Shown here: piece after piece, positions 55,964 through 64,000 of the stretch
Layout of the letters: each line of letters begins with the position of its first letter
How positions within the stretch are numbered: position 1 is the first letter of the stretch
IMG/VR virus record: IMGVR_UViG_3300046786_000304
Coordinates: 128,001 to 192,000 of that record
Direction: 5' to 3' (one strand)
Source: a virus
Taxonomy: Duplodnaviria; Caudoviricetes
DNA length: 64,000 nucleotides
Program-made: the position numbers and the translations under genes
The notes under the pieces: generated by a model
Database searches by the model: none
Seen by the model: only the letters and a program-made list of their open reading frames with translations
Told to the model about the DNA's origin: nothing

Positions 55964-56416
55964 GTGCATCACGATTTAACTGTTTGGTACGGAACAACAA
56001 CTGAAAAAATTTTAGCTTGGAGAGAATTACGAACTAAGCTATTAGACAAAACACCCGAAGAATTAATTGAAGATGTTGATCAATGGTGGACATTTACACC
56101 ATGGGTACGCAAAACAATAGATCCTTTTAAACCAGATACATGGCCTACGCCATGGGACATGATTAATCGAGGCGAGTTTTGTAGAAGCGCAATAGCACTA
56201 GGACAGGCATATACATTGTGGATGTGTTGTCCGCAACTTAACACTGAGCTTTGGTTAGTGAATAATTTCAGTGAAAAAGATGTACATCTAGTAGTAGTTA
56301 TTGATGAGAAGACAGTGCTAAATTACACACTAGGTCATGTTTTAAAACTAGAAGACTGTAACTTTGAGGTTCTAAATAAAGTTACCAGAAATGAATTGAA
56401 CCACATTAAAATATAA
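55964..56416 (+). CDS. Transglutaminase-like cysteine-protease-fold protein
   Basis: WPTPW....GEFC..AIAL...TL ... HLVVVID...LNY. Confidence 0.45.
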   Translation: MHHDLTVWYGTTTEKILAWRELRTKLLDKTPEELIEDVDQWWTFTPWVRKTIDPFKPDTWPTPWDMINRGEFCRSAIALGQAYTLWMCCPQLNTELWLVNNFSEKDVHLVVVIDEKTVLNYTLGHVLKLEDCNFEVLNKVTRNELNHIKI

Positions 56417-56491
56417 TAAAATAAACTGTAACAGAAGTTAAATAGACTACTAAGAATTAAAAGCAGTACAAAGAAAAAAGGAATTACATAC

Positions 56492-58837
56492 ATGATAACA
56501 TCTAACAAGCCCATTACAGTTTTAAAGCGCAGTGGCAACTATGAAGAACTACACATAGAAAAATGGCAAGCCCAAGTAGCTAAAATTTGTAAAGGTATAG
56601 CAGATGTTAGTCAATCGATGATCGAGATTAAAGCACAACCGCATTTCTATGACGGCATTACTACTCGAGAAATTGATGAGATTACATTACGGGCTATCGT
56701 CAACCTTATCGACGTTGAATCAAATCCAGACATTGGCAATATTAACTATCAATACGTAGCCGGCAAACAGCGTGTGAGTATGCTACGCAAAGATGTATAC
56801 GGTTCATACAAGCCTCCGCACCTTTATGACATTGTACTAAAGAATGTCAGCGTCGGTTTATACACACCAGAATTGTTAGAATGGTATACTCCTGAAGACT
56901 GGGACAAAATGAATGCCATGCTTGATCATGAAAAAGACGAGCAATATAGTTATGCCGCCATCGAACAATTAATTGAAAAGTATCTTGTACGCAATCGTAG
57001 TACAAAAGACATTTACGAAACTCCACAGATTAGATACATGGTTGCGGCAGCAACGGTGTTTCATAAAGAAGAGCCAAATGCGGCTCGTATGCGTTACATT
57101 AAGGAATATTACAATGCGGCTTCTGACGGCTTATTCACTCTCGCTACTCCTGTTCTTGCTGGGCTTGGGACTCCTACAAAGCAGTTCAGTAGTTGTGTAC
57201 TCATTCGCAGTGATGATGACCTTGACTCCATTTTTGCTAGTGGCGAAATGATGGCCAAGTATGCCAGCAAGCGAGCAGGCATTGGTTTAGAAATTGGACG
57301 CTTACGTCCATTAGGCAGTCCCATCCGTGGCGGAGAAATCATGCACACTGGTATGATTCCTTTCCTTAAGAAATGGTTTGGTGATTTGCGCTCGTGCTCA
57401 CAAGGAGGCATTCGTAATGCTAGTGCTACAGTTTTTTATCCTATTTGGCATCATCAGTTTGATGATCTTATCGTCCTTAAGAACAATCAAGGAACAGAAG
57501 AAACCCGAGTCCGTCATATGGATTATGGGGTTGTGCTTAGTGCTTTCTTCTGGAGACGATTTAAAAACAAAGAAGCAATAACTTTCTTTGACCCTAACGA
57601 AGTACCCGATCTATATGAAGCTTTCTATTCCAATACTAAACTGTTTGAAGAACTTTACGTCAAATATGAAAACACGCCCGGCCTCCGTAAGAAAACGATG
57701 GCTGCGGAAGAAGTTTTCAAGAGTGGTATTCTCAAAGAGAGAACAGACACTGGACGTATATATCTAGTATTCGTCGACAATGTAATGAATCAAGGACCAT
57801 TTGATCCTGAGTATCATACAATTTACCAGAGTAATCTTTGCTGTGAAATTCTTTTACCTACTAAATCCTTTAAACGTTTGGATGACAGCGATGGTCGTAT
57901 CGCACTATGCACATTGGGCTCAATCAATTGGGGTGCGTTCCGTAACCCAGAAGACATGCGCCGTGCTTGCCGCATATTGCATCGTAGCCTCAATAACATT
58001 CTTGACTATCAAGACTTTCTTTCCATCCAGTCTAAATTATCCAACGATGAAATCAGACCACTTGGAATCGGTATCACCAACCTTGCCTACTGGCACGCCA
58101 AGCGAAGTTTCAAATACGGAGAACGAGACGCCTTGGCTGAAGTCAAGGCGTGGATGGAACATCAAGCCTACTACCTAACAGAAGCCAGTGTTGAACTTGC
58201 TAAAGAACGCGGCAAGTGTGAAGGCAGTGATAAGACACGTTATGGACAAGGCACTTTCCCTTGGGAACTACGTGCTAATGGTGTTAACGAACTAGCAGAC
58301 TTCACACCAGAATTAGATTGGGAAACACTACGCACACAAATGAAAGAACACGGTGTTCGAAATGCTACACAAATGGCAGTTGCTCCTGTTGAAAGTTCTA
58401 GTGTTGTTATTAATAGTACAAATGGTATTGAAATGCCAATGAGCTTGATTAGTACTAAAGAAAGTAAAGCTGGATCATTTACACAAGTTGTTCCTGAATA
58501 TCACAAGTTAAAAAACAAGTATCAACTAATGTGGGAACAGAAAGACTGCGATGGTTACTTAAAGACAGCCAGTGTTATTGCCGCTTATGTTGACCAAAGT
58601 ATTTCGACTAACACATTCTATAATCCAGCTCACTTTGCTGATAGAAAAGTTCCAACAACATTGATTGCTAAGAACTTGATGCAAAGTCACTACTGGGGTT
58701 TGAAGACTTTCTACTATAGCTTGATTAACAAAGCAGGTAGTAAAGCAGTAGAAGAACAACAACCTGATAATGTTATCAGCTTGAATTTTAACCAACAAGA
58801 TGAACTAGACGACGATTGCGAAGCATGTAAATTATGA
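56492..58837 (+). CDS. nrdA: Ribonucleotide reductase class Ia alpha subunit with ATP cone
   Basis: V.KRSG ATP cone, FSSCVL, SNLCCE, ALCTLG, APVESSS, KTFYY, C-terminal CEAC. Confidence 0.97.
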   Translation: MITSNKPITVLKRSGNYEELHIEKWQAQVAKICKGIADVSQSMIEIKAQPHFYDGITTREIDEITLRAIVNLIDVESNPDIGNINYQYVAGKQRVSMLRKDVYGSYKPPHLYDIVLKNVSVGLYTPELLEWYTPEDWDKMNAMLDHEKDEQYSYAAIEQLIEKYLVRNRSTKDIYETPQIRYMVAAATVFHKEEPNAARMRYIKEYYNAASDGLFTLATPVLAGLGTPTKQFSSCVLIRSDDDLDSIFASGEMMAKYASKRAGIGLEIGRLRPLGSPIRGGEIMHTGMIPFLKKWFGDLRSCSQGGIRNASATVFYPIWHHQFDDLIVLKNNQGTEETRVRHMDYGVVLSAFFWRRFKNKEAITFFDPNEVPDLYEAFYSNTKLFEELYVKYENTPGLRKKTMAAEEVFKSGILKERTDTGRIYLVFVDNVMNQGPFDPEYHTIYQSNLCCEILLPTKSFKRLDDSDGRIALCTLGSINWGAFRNPEDMRRACRILHRSLNNILDYQDFLSIQSKLSNDEIRPLGIGITNLAYWHAKRSFKYGERDALAEVKAWMEHQAYYLTEASVELAKERGKCEGSDKTRYGQGTFPWELRANGVNELADFTPELDWETLRTQMKEHGVRNATQMAVAPVESSSVVINSTNGIEMPMSLISTKESKAGSFTQVVPEYHKLKNKYQLMWEQKDCDGYLKTASVIAAYVDQSISTNTFYNPAHFADRKVPTTLIAKNLMQSHYWGLKTFYYSLINKAGSKAVEEQQPDNVISLNFNQQDELDDDCEACKL

Positions 58838-59943
58838 GTAAACAACAATACAACCTAAACACTAAAACAGACTATTTGAATCGTAAGATGTTTTTGGATC
58901 CACAAGGTCCAGTTACTATTCAACGATTTGAAGAAGTAAAGTATAACAAGATTGCTGACTTTGAAAAAACAGCACGTGGCTTCTTTTGGGTACCAGAAGA
59001 AATTAGTTTAACTAAAGATGCCAACGACTTTAAAGATGCTAGCGATGCTGTCAAGCATATCTTTACCAGTAACTTGTTACGTCAAACAGCATTAGATAGT
59101 TTACAAGGTCGTGGTCCTAGTCAGGTTTTCGCGCCTGTGATATCTTTGCCTGAGCTAGAAGCGTTGGTATACAATTGGACATTCTTTGAAACTAATATTC
59201 ATAGTCGCAGTTACAGTCATATCATTCGTAACATTTATAATGTGCCTAAAGAAGTATTCAATACAATTCATGACACGCAAGAAATTATTGACATGGCTAG
59301 TAGTGTTGGCAACTACTATGAAAATCTACATCAGATTAATTGTTTAAAAGAAACTACACCTCTTTTAAACTATTGGGATGAGAAAAGGCACATCAAAGCA
59401 ATCTATATGGCACTACATGCTAGCTATGCTTTAGAAGCATTCCGCTTTATGGTATCATTTGCGACAAGTTTAGCAATGGTTGAGAATAAAATCTTTATTG
59501 GTAACGGTAATATCATTAGTTTGATTTTACAGGACGAACTATTACACAAAGGATGGACAGCCTTCTTGATCAATCAAGTAGTTAAAGAAGATCCACGCTT
59601 TGCCGCCGTTAAACAAGAATGCGAAGCAGAAGTATATCAGCTATACATGGATGTTATCCGTGAAGAAAAAGCATGGGCAGATTATTTGTTTAACAAAGGT
59701 CCGGTTATTGGATTGAACGCCAATATCTTAAAAGACTTTGTTGATTATACAGCGGTTAACGCTTTAAAGGATATAGGTATTAAATATCAAAGTCCTGCGC
59801 CAAAATCTACTCCTATTCCTTGGTTTAATAAACACAGCGATACTAGTAAGAAACAAACCGCATTACAAGAAAACGAATCAACTAATTATGTTATCGGCGT
59901 CATGAGCGATAGTATTGATTATGATGCGTTGCCTGCACTATAA
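58834..59943 (+). CDS. nrdB: Ribonucleotide reductase class Ia beta subunit
   Basis: FWVPEEISL, DSLQG, ETNIHSRSY, LEAFRF, DELLH, QENE..NY. Confidence 0.97.
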   Translation: MSKQQYNLNTKTDYLNRKMFLDPQGPVTIQRFEEVKYNKIADFEKTARGFFWVPEEISLTKDANDFKDASDAVKHIFTSNLLRQTALDSLQGRGPSQVFAPVISLPELEALVYNWTFFETNIHSRSYSHIIRNIYNVPKEVFNTIHDTQEIIDMASSVGNYYENLHQINCLKETTPLLNYWDEKRHIKAIYMALHASYALEAFRFMVSFATSLAMVENKIFIGNGNIISLILQDELLHKGWTAFLINQVVKEDPRFAAVKQECEAEVYQLYMDVIREEKAWADYLFNKGPVIGLNANILKDFVDYTAVNALKDIGIKYQSPAPKSTPIPWFNKHSDTSKKQTALQENESTNYVIGVMSDSIDYDALPAL

Positions 59944-59952
59944 GGAGATCGT

Positions 59953-60114
59953 ATGACATTTGATGAAAAAGTAAAAATGTTTTGCCCAATGGAAGGCACA
60001 AAGTTCGAAGGACATTGTGTCGAAAACTTTGCTACAATTAGAGTTAAAACAGCAAAATGCGATCATGCTGAATATTGCGAAAATCTTAAAAAAGAGTTAG
60101 AAGAAGCGAAATGA
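59953..60114 (+). CDS. 53-aa Cys/His protein missing from the ORF track
   Basis: AAGGAG SD; MTFDEKVKMFCPMEGTKFEGHCVENFATIRVKTAKCDHAEYCENLKKELEEAK; stop overlaps the next ATG. Confidence 0.65.
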   Translation: MTFDEKVKMFCPMEGTKFEGHCVENFATIRVKTAKCDHAEYCENLKKELEEAK

Positions 60115-60536
60115 AAATTAATGAATTAGAAAATGCAATAACAGATGCGTGGTTTGATAAAGCTAGTATACAAGTTGCAAAAAAAGCAAATCCTATAAAT
60201 TATAAAAGAGCTATCGAACCAGGCAGCATTGAAACATTAGAAGGCCCGGTAAATTATCAAGCCGGCTATTATATTATCACTGGACCAAAAGGCGAACAAT
60301 ATCCTATTCCGCCTGCTAAGTTTAATGAACTATATGATGATAACAAAGATAACACAGCAATACCTAAGAAGATTATCAAAGTTGCTAAACTAGCCGATCA
60401 CGACGGTGTTGTAAATACTAGTTGGGGCGAACCACTAAATTATACAGCAGGTAATGATTATATTGTACGCCATGGCCAAGGAGATTATGGCGTTGTAAAG
60501 AAAGATATTTTCGCACAAACATACGAAGAGGTTTAA
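60111..60536 (+). CDS. PGDYG-like repeat protein
   Basis: Two internal repeats, GYYIITGPKGEQYP and GNDYIVRHGQGDYGVVKKDIF..TY. Confidence 0.65.
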   Translation: MKINELENAITDAWFDKASIQVAKKANPINYKRAIEPGSIETLEGPVNYQAGYYIITGPKGEQYPIPPAKFNELYDDNKDNTAIPKKIIKVAKLADHDGVVNTSWGEPLNYTAGNDYIVRHGQGDYGVVKKDIFAQTYEEV

Positions 60537-60537
60537 T

Positions 60538-60696
60538 ATGCAAGTAAGAGTAAAAGAACAACAAGAAGAATTTGGCAGTTGCGGTTGCGGTCGTAGTCCT
60601 ACTGGACAATGTTGCGGTTGGCACGGCCTTACCGAAGAAGAATATCAAGCTGAGTTAGAAAAATACGAAGCTAATTTATTTGAGGACGAAGAATGA
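60538..60696 (+). CDS. 52-aa CDGSH-like (putative Fe-S or Zn) peptide missing from the ORF track
   Basis: GAGG SD; MQVRVKEQQEEFGSCGCGRSPTGQCCGWHGLTEEEYQAELEKYEANLFEDEE; ATGA overlap with glutaredoxin. Confidence 0.7.
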   Translation: MQVRVKEQQEEFGSCGCGRSPTGQCCGWHGLTEEEYQAELEKYEANLFEDEE

Positions 60697-60944
60697 AAGT
60701 AGAAATTTATACAAAGGACGCATGTACTTATTGCGTACAAGCAAAGAATTTAATGAAAAGTAAAGGCTGGGAATTCACAGAACATTACATCAATGCACAG
60801 TCTAGAGAGATATTGTTAGAACAACTAACAACAAGATTAGGTACACCTCCACGTACGGTACCTCAAATCTTTATCGATGATCAAGCTATCGGCGGTTATA
60901 CTGAACTAGTACAATGGATTAAAAATGTCAACACAAACCAATAA
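60693..60944 (+). CDS. Glutaredoxin
   Basis: IYTK..CTYC..AK, TVPQIFI, IGGY.EL. Confidence 0.92.
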   Translation: MKVEIYTKDACTYCVQAKNLMKSKGWEFTEHYINAQSREILLEQLTTRLGTPPRTVPQIFIDDQAIGGYTELVQWIKNVNTNQ

Positions 60945-61878
60945 TGATCCTTTTTCTAAGTCTACTGGCACTGCCTATGAACCCGGCTTTGGTACAATGA
61001 CTCGTGATTTTAATTATTCAGAAATTAAAACGATACCGTTCAACGAAGTAGCAAATTATGTAAAAAATTCCAAGGACAAATCTTGGTGTGTTGTTAGGAT
61101 TGAACCAGTTTGGGATAAAGAAAAATTCTTAAAGGATGCGAGAGAAAATTCTTTGTTGATTCCTTATATGAAAAAGGATCCTGAAATATACAGTGAGTCC
61201 TATGAAGGTGTGTCTATACAAAAGACCAAGCGTGAACTAACCAATCACGAAGAAAATTATAACAGCATTCAGCGAAATGTCTTACCAGGCGAACCTATCT
61301 TGTTTGGTGACGGAACATTATATTATACTAAAGACGGTTTGTCTAAAACTCCTACACCTAACATTCAATTAATTGAAATGGATGAAAAAAAACGAGCTAT
61401 CTGGGAGATGATATCTAAAAAACCAGCAGTATCGGCACCGCAGTATTTAAATGACTGGGCAGGAGTATTTTCTGACTTTTTAATAAGGCTAGCAGAAAAA
61501 GGATTGATTTGTTTAAGGGGTAGATATCTAAGAACAATACCCGGACAATACGCAGGACGTCATTGGGACGGGGAGTGTAGACTGCATATCCCATTATGGA
61601 CAAATGACAAAGTGTTCACTACATTTTTCGATGCCAAACAAAATTATGCACAACTAGACAAATACCACATGCCAGCAGACGGCTCTGCTTATTTGTTTAA
61701 TGCCCACGTGGCACATAATTTTGGTAATTTTGGTGATGAAGTGCGTACCCACGCAGTATTTGGTATAACAAGTGAATATCATAGCGCATGGAAAGAAGCT
61801 CAGCCGCATTTAACTACATATGAAGATGTATTACATGATTATGTCAAAGATTTGATGAGAGTTCGAAATATTAAATAA
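60925..61878 (+). CDS. 2OG-Fe(II) dioxygenase (Asp/Asn beta-hydroxylase-like)
   Basis: HWD...RLHIPL.TN, DGSAYLFN..V.H.F.N.G...R.H. Confidence 0.7.
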   Translation: MSTQTNNDPFSKSTGTAYEPGFGTMTRDFNYSEIKTIPFNEVANYVKNSKDKSWCVVRIEPVWDKEKFLKDARENSLLIPYMKKDPEIYSESYEGVSIQKTKRELTNHEENYNSIQRNVLPGEPILFGDGTLYYTKDGLSKTPTPNIQLIEMDEKKRAIWEMISKKPAVSAPQYLNDWAGVFSDFLIRLAEKGLICLRGRYLRTIPGQYAGRHWDGECRLHIPLWTNDKVFTTFFDAKQNYAQLDKYHMPADGSAYLFNAHVAHNFGNFGDEVRTHAVFGITSEYHSAWKEAQPHLTTYEDVLHDYVKDLMRVRNIK

Positions 61879-61887
61879 AGAGGATAT

Positions 61888-62196
61888 ATGTTAAAAGAAA
61901 ATAGAATCGGTCATACCGTAAGTATGAAATTAACCAGCGGCGACGAAGTTGTTGGTAAAGTCTCAGGACAGACAGCAGAAGGTCTTACTATTAGTAAGCC
62001 TGTTATTCTGGCTGCCAGCAGAGAAGGACTACAAATGGTTCCTTTCATGATGACTGCTAGTCCTGACGGAGACTTTATGTTTAAAGCACATAATATTATG
62101 TGCGTCGCAACAACGTCTGATCAAGTAGCAGATGCGTATCTTGAAAGCACGACTGGTATTAAACCAGTTCGAAACTCTAGCAGTATCATAGTTTAA
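61888..62196 (+). CDS. Sm/LSm-like protein
   Basis: VSMKLTSGDEVVGKV (Sm1-like) followed by beta-strands. Confidence 0.55.
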   Translation: MLKENRIGHTVSMKLTSGDEVVGKVSGQTAEGLTISKPVILAASREGLQMVPFMMTASPDGDFMFKAHNIMCVATTSDQVADAYLESTTGIKPVRNSSSIIV

Positions 62197-62197
62197 T

Positions 62198-62473
62198 ATG
62201 CCACAGGTACACAGATTAACAGATCCAAATACAGCAGGAGCGCCTATAACACGTACGGCGCAAACTACTGTATTTGCTAATAATTTGTTAATCGGTGTAG
62301 ACGGAAGCGATGTCGAAGGCCACGGCCCCGGCAAACATGCTCATCCATTAACTGCCAATGGATCCACTGATGTTTTCATTGAAAATATACCAGTTAATCG
62401 ACGAGAAGATAAAGATACTTGCGGCCATCCCAGAGATACTGGTAGTCCGGATGTTTTTGTTAATGGTGGTTAA
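62198..62473 (+). CDS. PAAR-motif baseplate spike tip (gp5.4-like)
   Basis: VHRL.D, VF.N, GH, GS.DVF.E..PV.R..D..TCGH...GSPDVFV. Confidence 0.8.
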   Translation: MPQVHRLTDPNTAGAPITRTAQTTVFANNLLIGVDGSDVEGHGPGKHAHPLTANGSTDVFIENIPVNRREDKDTCGHPRDTGSPDVFVNGG

Positions 62474-62492
62474 ATACTAGGTAAATACTAGT

Positions 62493-64000
62493 ATGGCAAC
62501 ATTACCACCAATTAACGCCGGCGCATTGAAAGTAACTTTCCCGGCAAACTTACCTAGAAACGAAAAAGATCTGATATGTATGATCTTGGCAGGGCGGCTC
62601 AAAGACTTGTGGAATGGCAAGTTAATTTGTGCTCAGTTAGCTTTAGATGATTTAATAAAAAGCGTAACCGGAGTATCTGGACTAGGTACACTACGTGATG
62701 CGTTAGTTAAAGTCAACACATCATTGGCCAATATGAAAGCTGCCAGCGGCTATGATAAAATCTTAGGCAAAGTTAATTCAGCACTAGGACAGGTTAGTCA
62801 AGTTTTTAGCCTAGGTGGTTTATGCCCAAGCCCTGTACAGGCGCCTCAGATTCCTGATGTGTTGGCAACACTAAATCAAAACTTGTTTGGCCAAGCCAAT
62901 GGTATTCTAAATGCTTTGGCCCAAGCAAGTAATCCTAAAGTTTGTCTAGGTGGCGGCCCAAAAGGTTTTAGTTTAGACTGGAGTCAAGTAAAAGGTGATT
63001 TGAAATTATTAAAAAGTTCAATTGACCAGTTTAAAAGAGATCCAGCAGGATTCAAGGGCGTGATGGATGCCTTTGAACAAAACTTAAAAAATCAAGCTAA
63101 AAGATTAAATTCTGAAATTACTAGATTAGAAAAAAATCTAACCGATCCTTTAGGAATCAATGATACAAAAAATACAGTTGGTGCTATTAAAAGAGTTAAA
63201 TCAGTAACTGATGATTATATTGTTAAAGATAGAAATGGTGTTGAATATAAGAACCCAACTAGGATGATGATACCCGGAGAAGTGGATTATGTTTTAAAAA
63301 GAACTGATCCAATCTATGTCACACCTATAAAATATGTTACTACACCGATATTAGATTATTGTGGCGTTGTAGTAGGCTATGAAAAGAAAATCGTAACCGG
63401 TGATCCGGAGTATACCGGATGGGACCCTAATAACACAGTAGTGAATACAAATACACCAACTGAAAATCCCGTGGCAACAACTGCGGAATATGATTATACA
63501 TTCATTGAAGAAAATGGCACAGTCAATGTGTACAATGACAAAAGTGATATAGTACAAACTATTGATCTAATTCGAGGAAAACATTATAGAATTGGATTAA
63601 AATTAATTACAGCCAAACTTAAAATTTATCAAGCAGATGCGTCTGTATGGTTTAAAGGAATAACATTAACCAGAGAACCAGATTATGGTAAAGGATTTGA
63701 AATTGTTGCCTGTGACGCTACTACAACTTTATTTGGTGTTGAATTTGACTGGGCGGTGAACATAGAAAATCCAACAACCCCGAATAACCTATGGGCGGCA
63801 TGGGGCGCGACCGCAGATAAACGTATAACTATTAACATATCTGGTATTACAGCAATACCTGAAGAAGATAAAACATATGATGTCTCTATGGCTACTAAAA
63901 AAGCATGGCTGCATTTATACAAAAAGAATGTAGCTATTCCTGGCGGTGGTTCTATAAGCCACGAAGCAACTTACGTGAAACGAAGATATAATGTAACTGC
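62493..64000 (+). CDS. Long ORF truncated by window end (probable virion protein)
   Basis: ATG 5 nt after TAAATA; begins MATLPPINAGALKVTFPANLP; reads open in the part I translated; absent from the track, consistent with no stop inside the window. Confidence 0.7.
   Translation, partial: MATLPPINAGALKVTFPANLPRNEKDLICMILAGRLKDLWNGKLICAQLALDDLIKSVTGVSGLGTLRDALVKVNTSLANMKAASGYDKILGKVNSALGQVSQVFSLGGLCPSPVQAPQIPDVLATLNQNLFGQANGILNALAQASNPKVCLGGGPKGFSLDWSQVKGDLKLLKSSIDQFKRDPAGFKGVMDAFEQNLKNQAKRLNSEITRLEKNLTDPLGINDTKNTVGAIKRVKSVTDDYIVKDRNGVEYKNPTRMMIPGEVDYVLKRTDPIYVTPIKYVTTPILDYCGVVVGYEKKIVTGDPEYTGWDPNNTVVNTNTPTENPVATTAEYDYTFIEENGTVNVYNDKSDIVQTIDLIRGKHYRIGLKLITAKLKIYQADASVWFKGITLTREPDYGKGFEIVACDATTTLFGVEFDWAVNIENPTTPNNLWAAWGATADKRITINISGITAIPEEDKTYDVSMATKKAWLHLYKKNVAIPGGGSISHEATYVKRRYNVT

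Noticed and set aside
24917-59943. Introns, inteins or homing endonucleases in terL, uvsX, helicases, nrdA or nrdB
   Set aside because: All are uninterrupted and of normal length; no LAGLIDADG, HNH or GIY-YIG motifs noticed
1-64000. Stop-codon reassignment and tRNA genes
   Set aside because: Core genes are full length under the standard code with high coding density; no cloverleaf with T-loop consensus found by eye (tRNAscan would be decisive)

Overview
The window is a 64-kb piece of a large, AT-rich, T4-like (contractile-tailed) phage genome. The host is probably a Gram-negative bacterium, and the encoded porin looks betaproteobacterial (inference). No database searches were run: all product calls come from motifs I recognise in the translations and from T4-like gene order. 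Layout: repeat-rich tail-fibre genes (0.1-8 kb); neck, tail-completion, sheath, tube and terminase genes (10-26.5 kb) interrupted by a porin and early genes; gp32, UvsX and UvsY (28-31 kb); an accessory early region (31-41 kb) with repeated sigma70 promoter cassettes, an AAA+ ATPase, a secreted subtilase, two DNA methyltransferases, a nuclease-like ORF, a divergent ParB-like ORF and a palindrome-rich non-coding stretch; UvsW, clamp loader, primase and helicase (41-49 kb) with a 187-aa miniature DnaE-type polymerase core; a cluster of probable head/internal proteins (49-55 kb); nrdAB, glutaredoxin, an Sm-like protein, a PAAR protein and a long ORF cut by the window end. I found no tRNA, CRISPR array, intron, intein or reverse transcriptase. 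The strongest leads are (1) the mini-DnaE, which keeps all three catalytic aspartates, (2) a recurring promoter-N5-7-ATG layout implying leaderless mRNAs in both early and late classes, (3) the ParB-like gene flanked by an inverted-repeat array and a candidate structured RNA, (4) two predicted outer-membrane beta-barrel proteins, and (5) an unannotated CDGSH-like peptide between nrdB and glutaredoxin.
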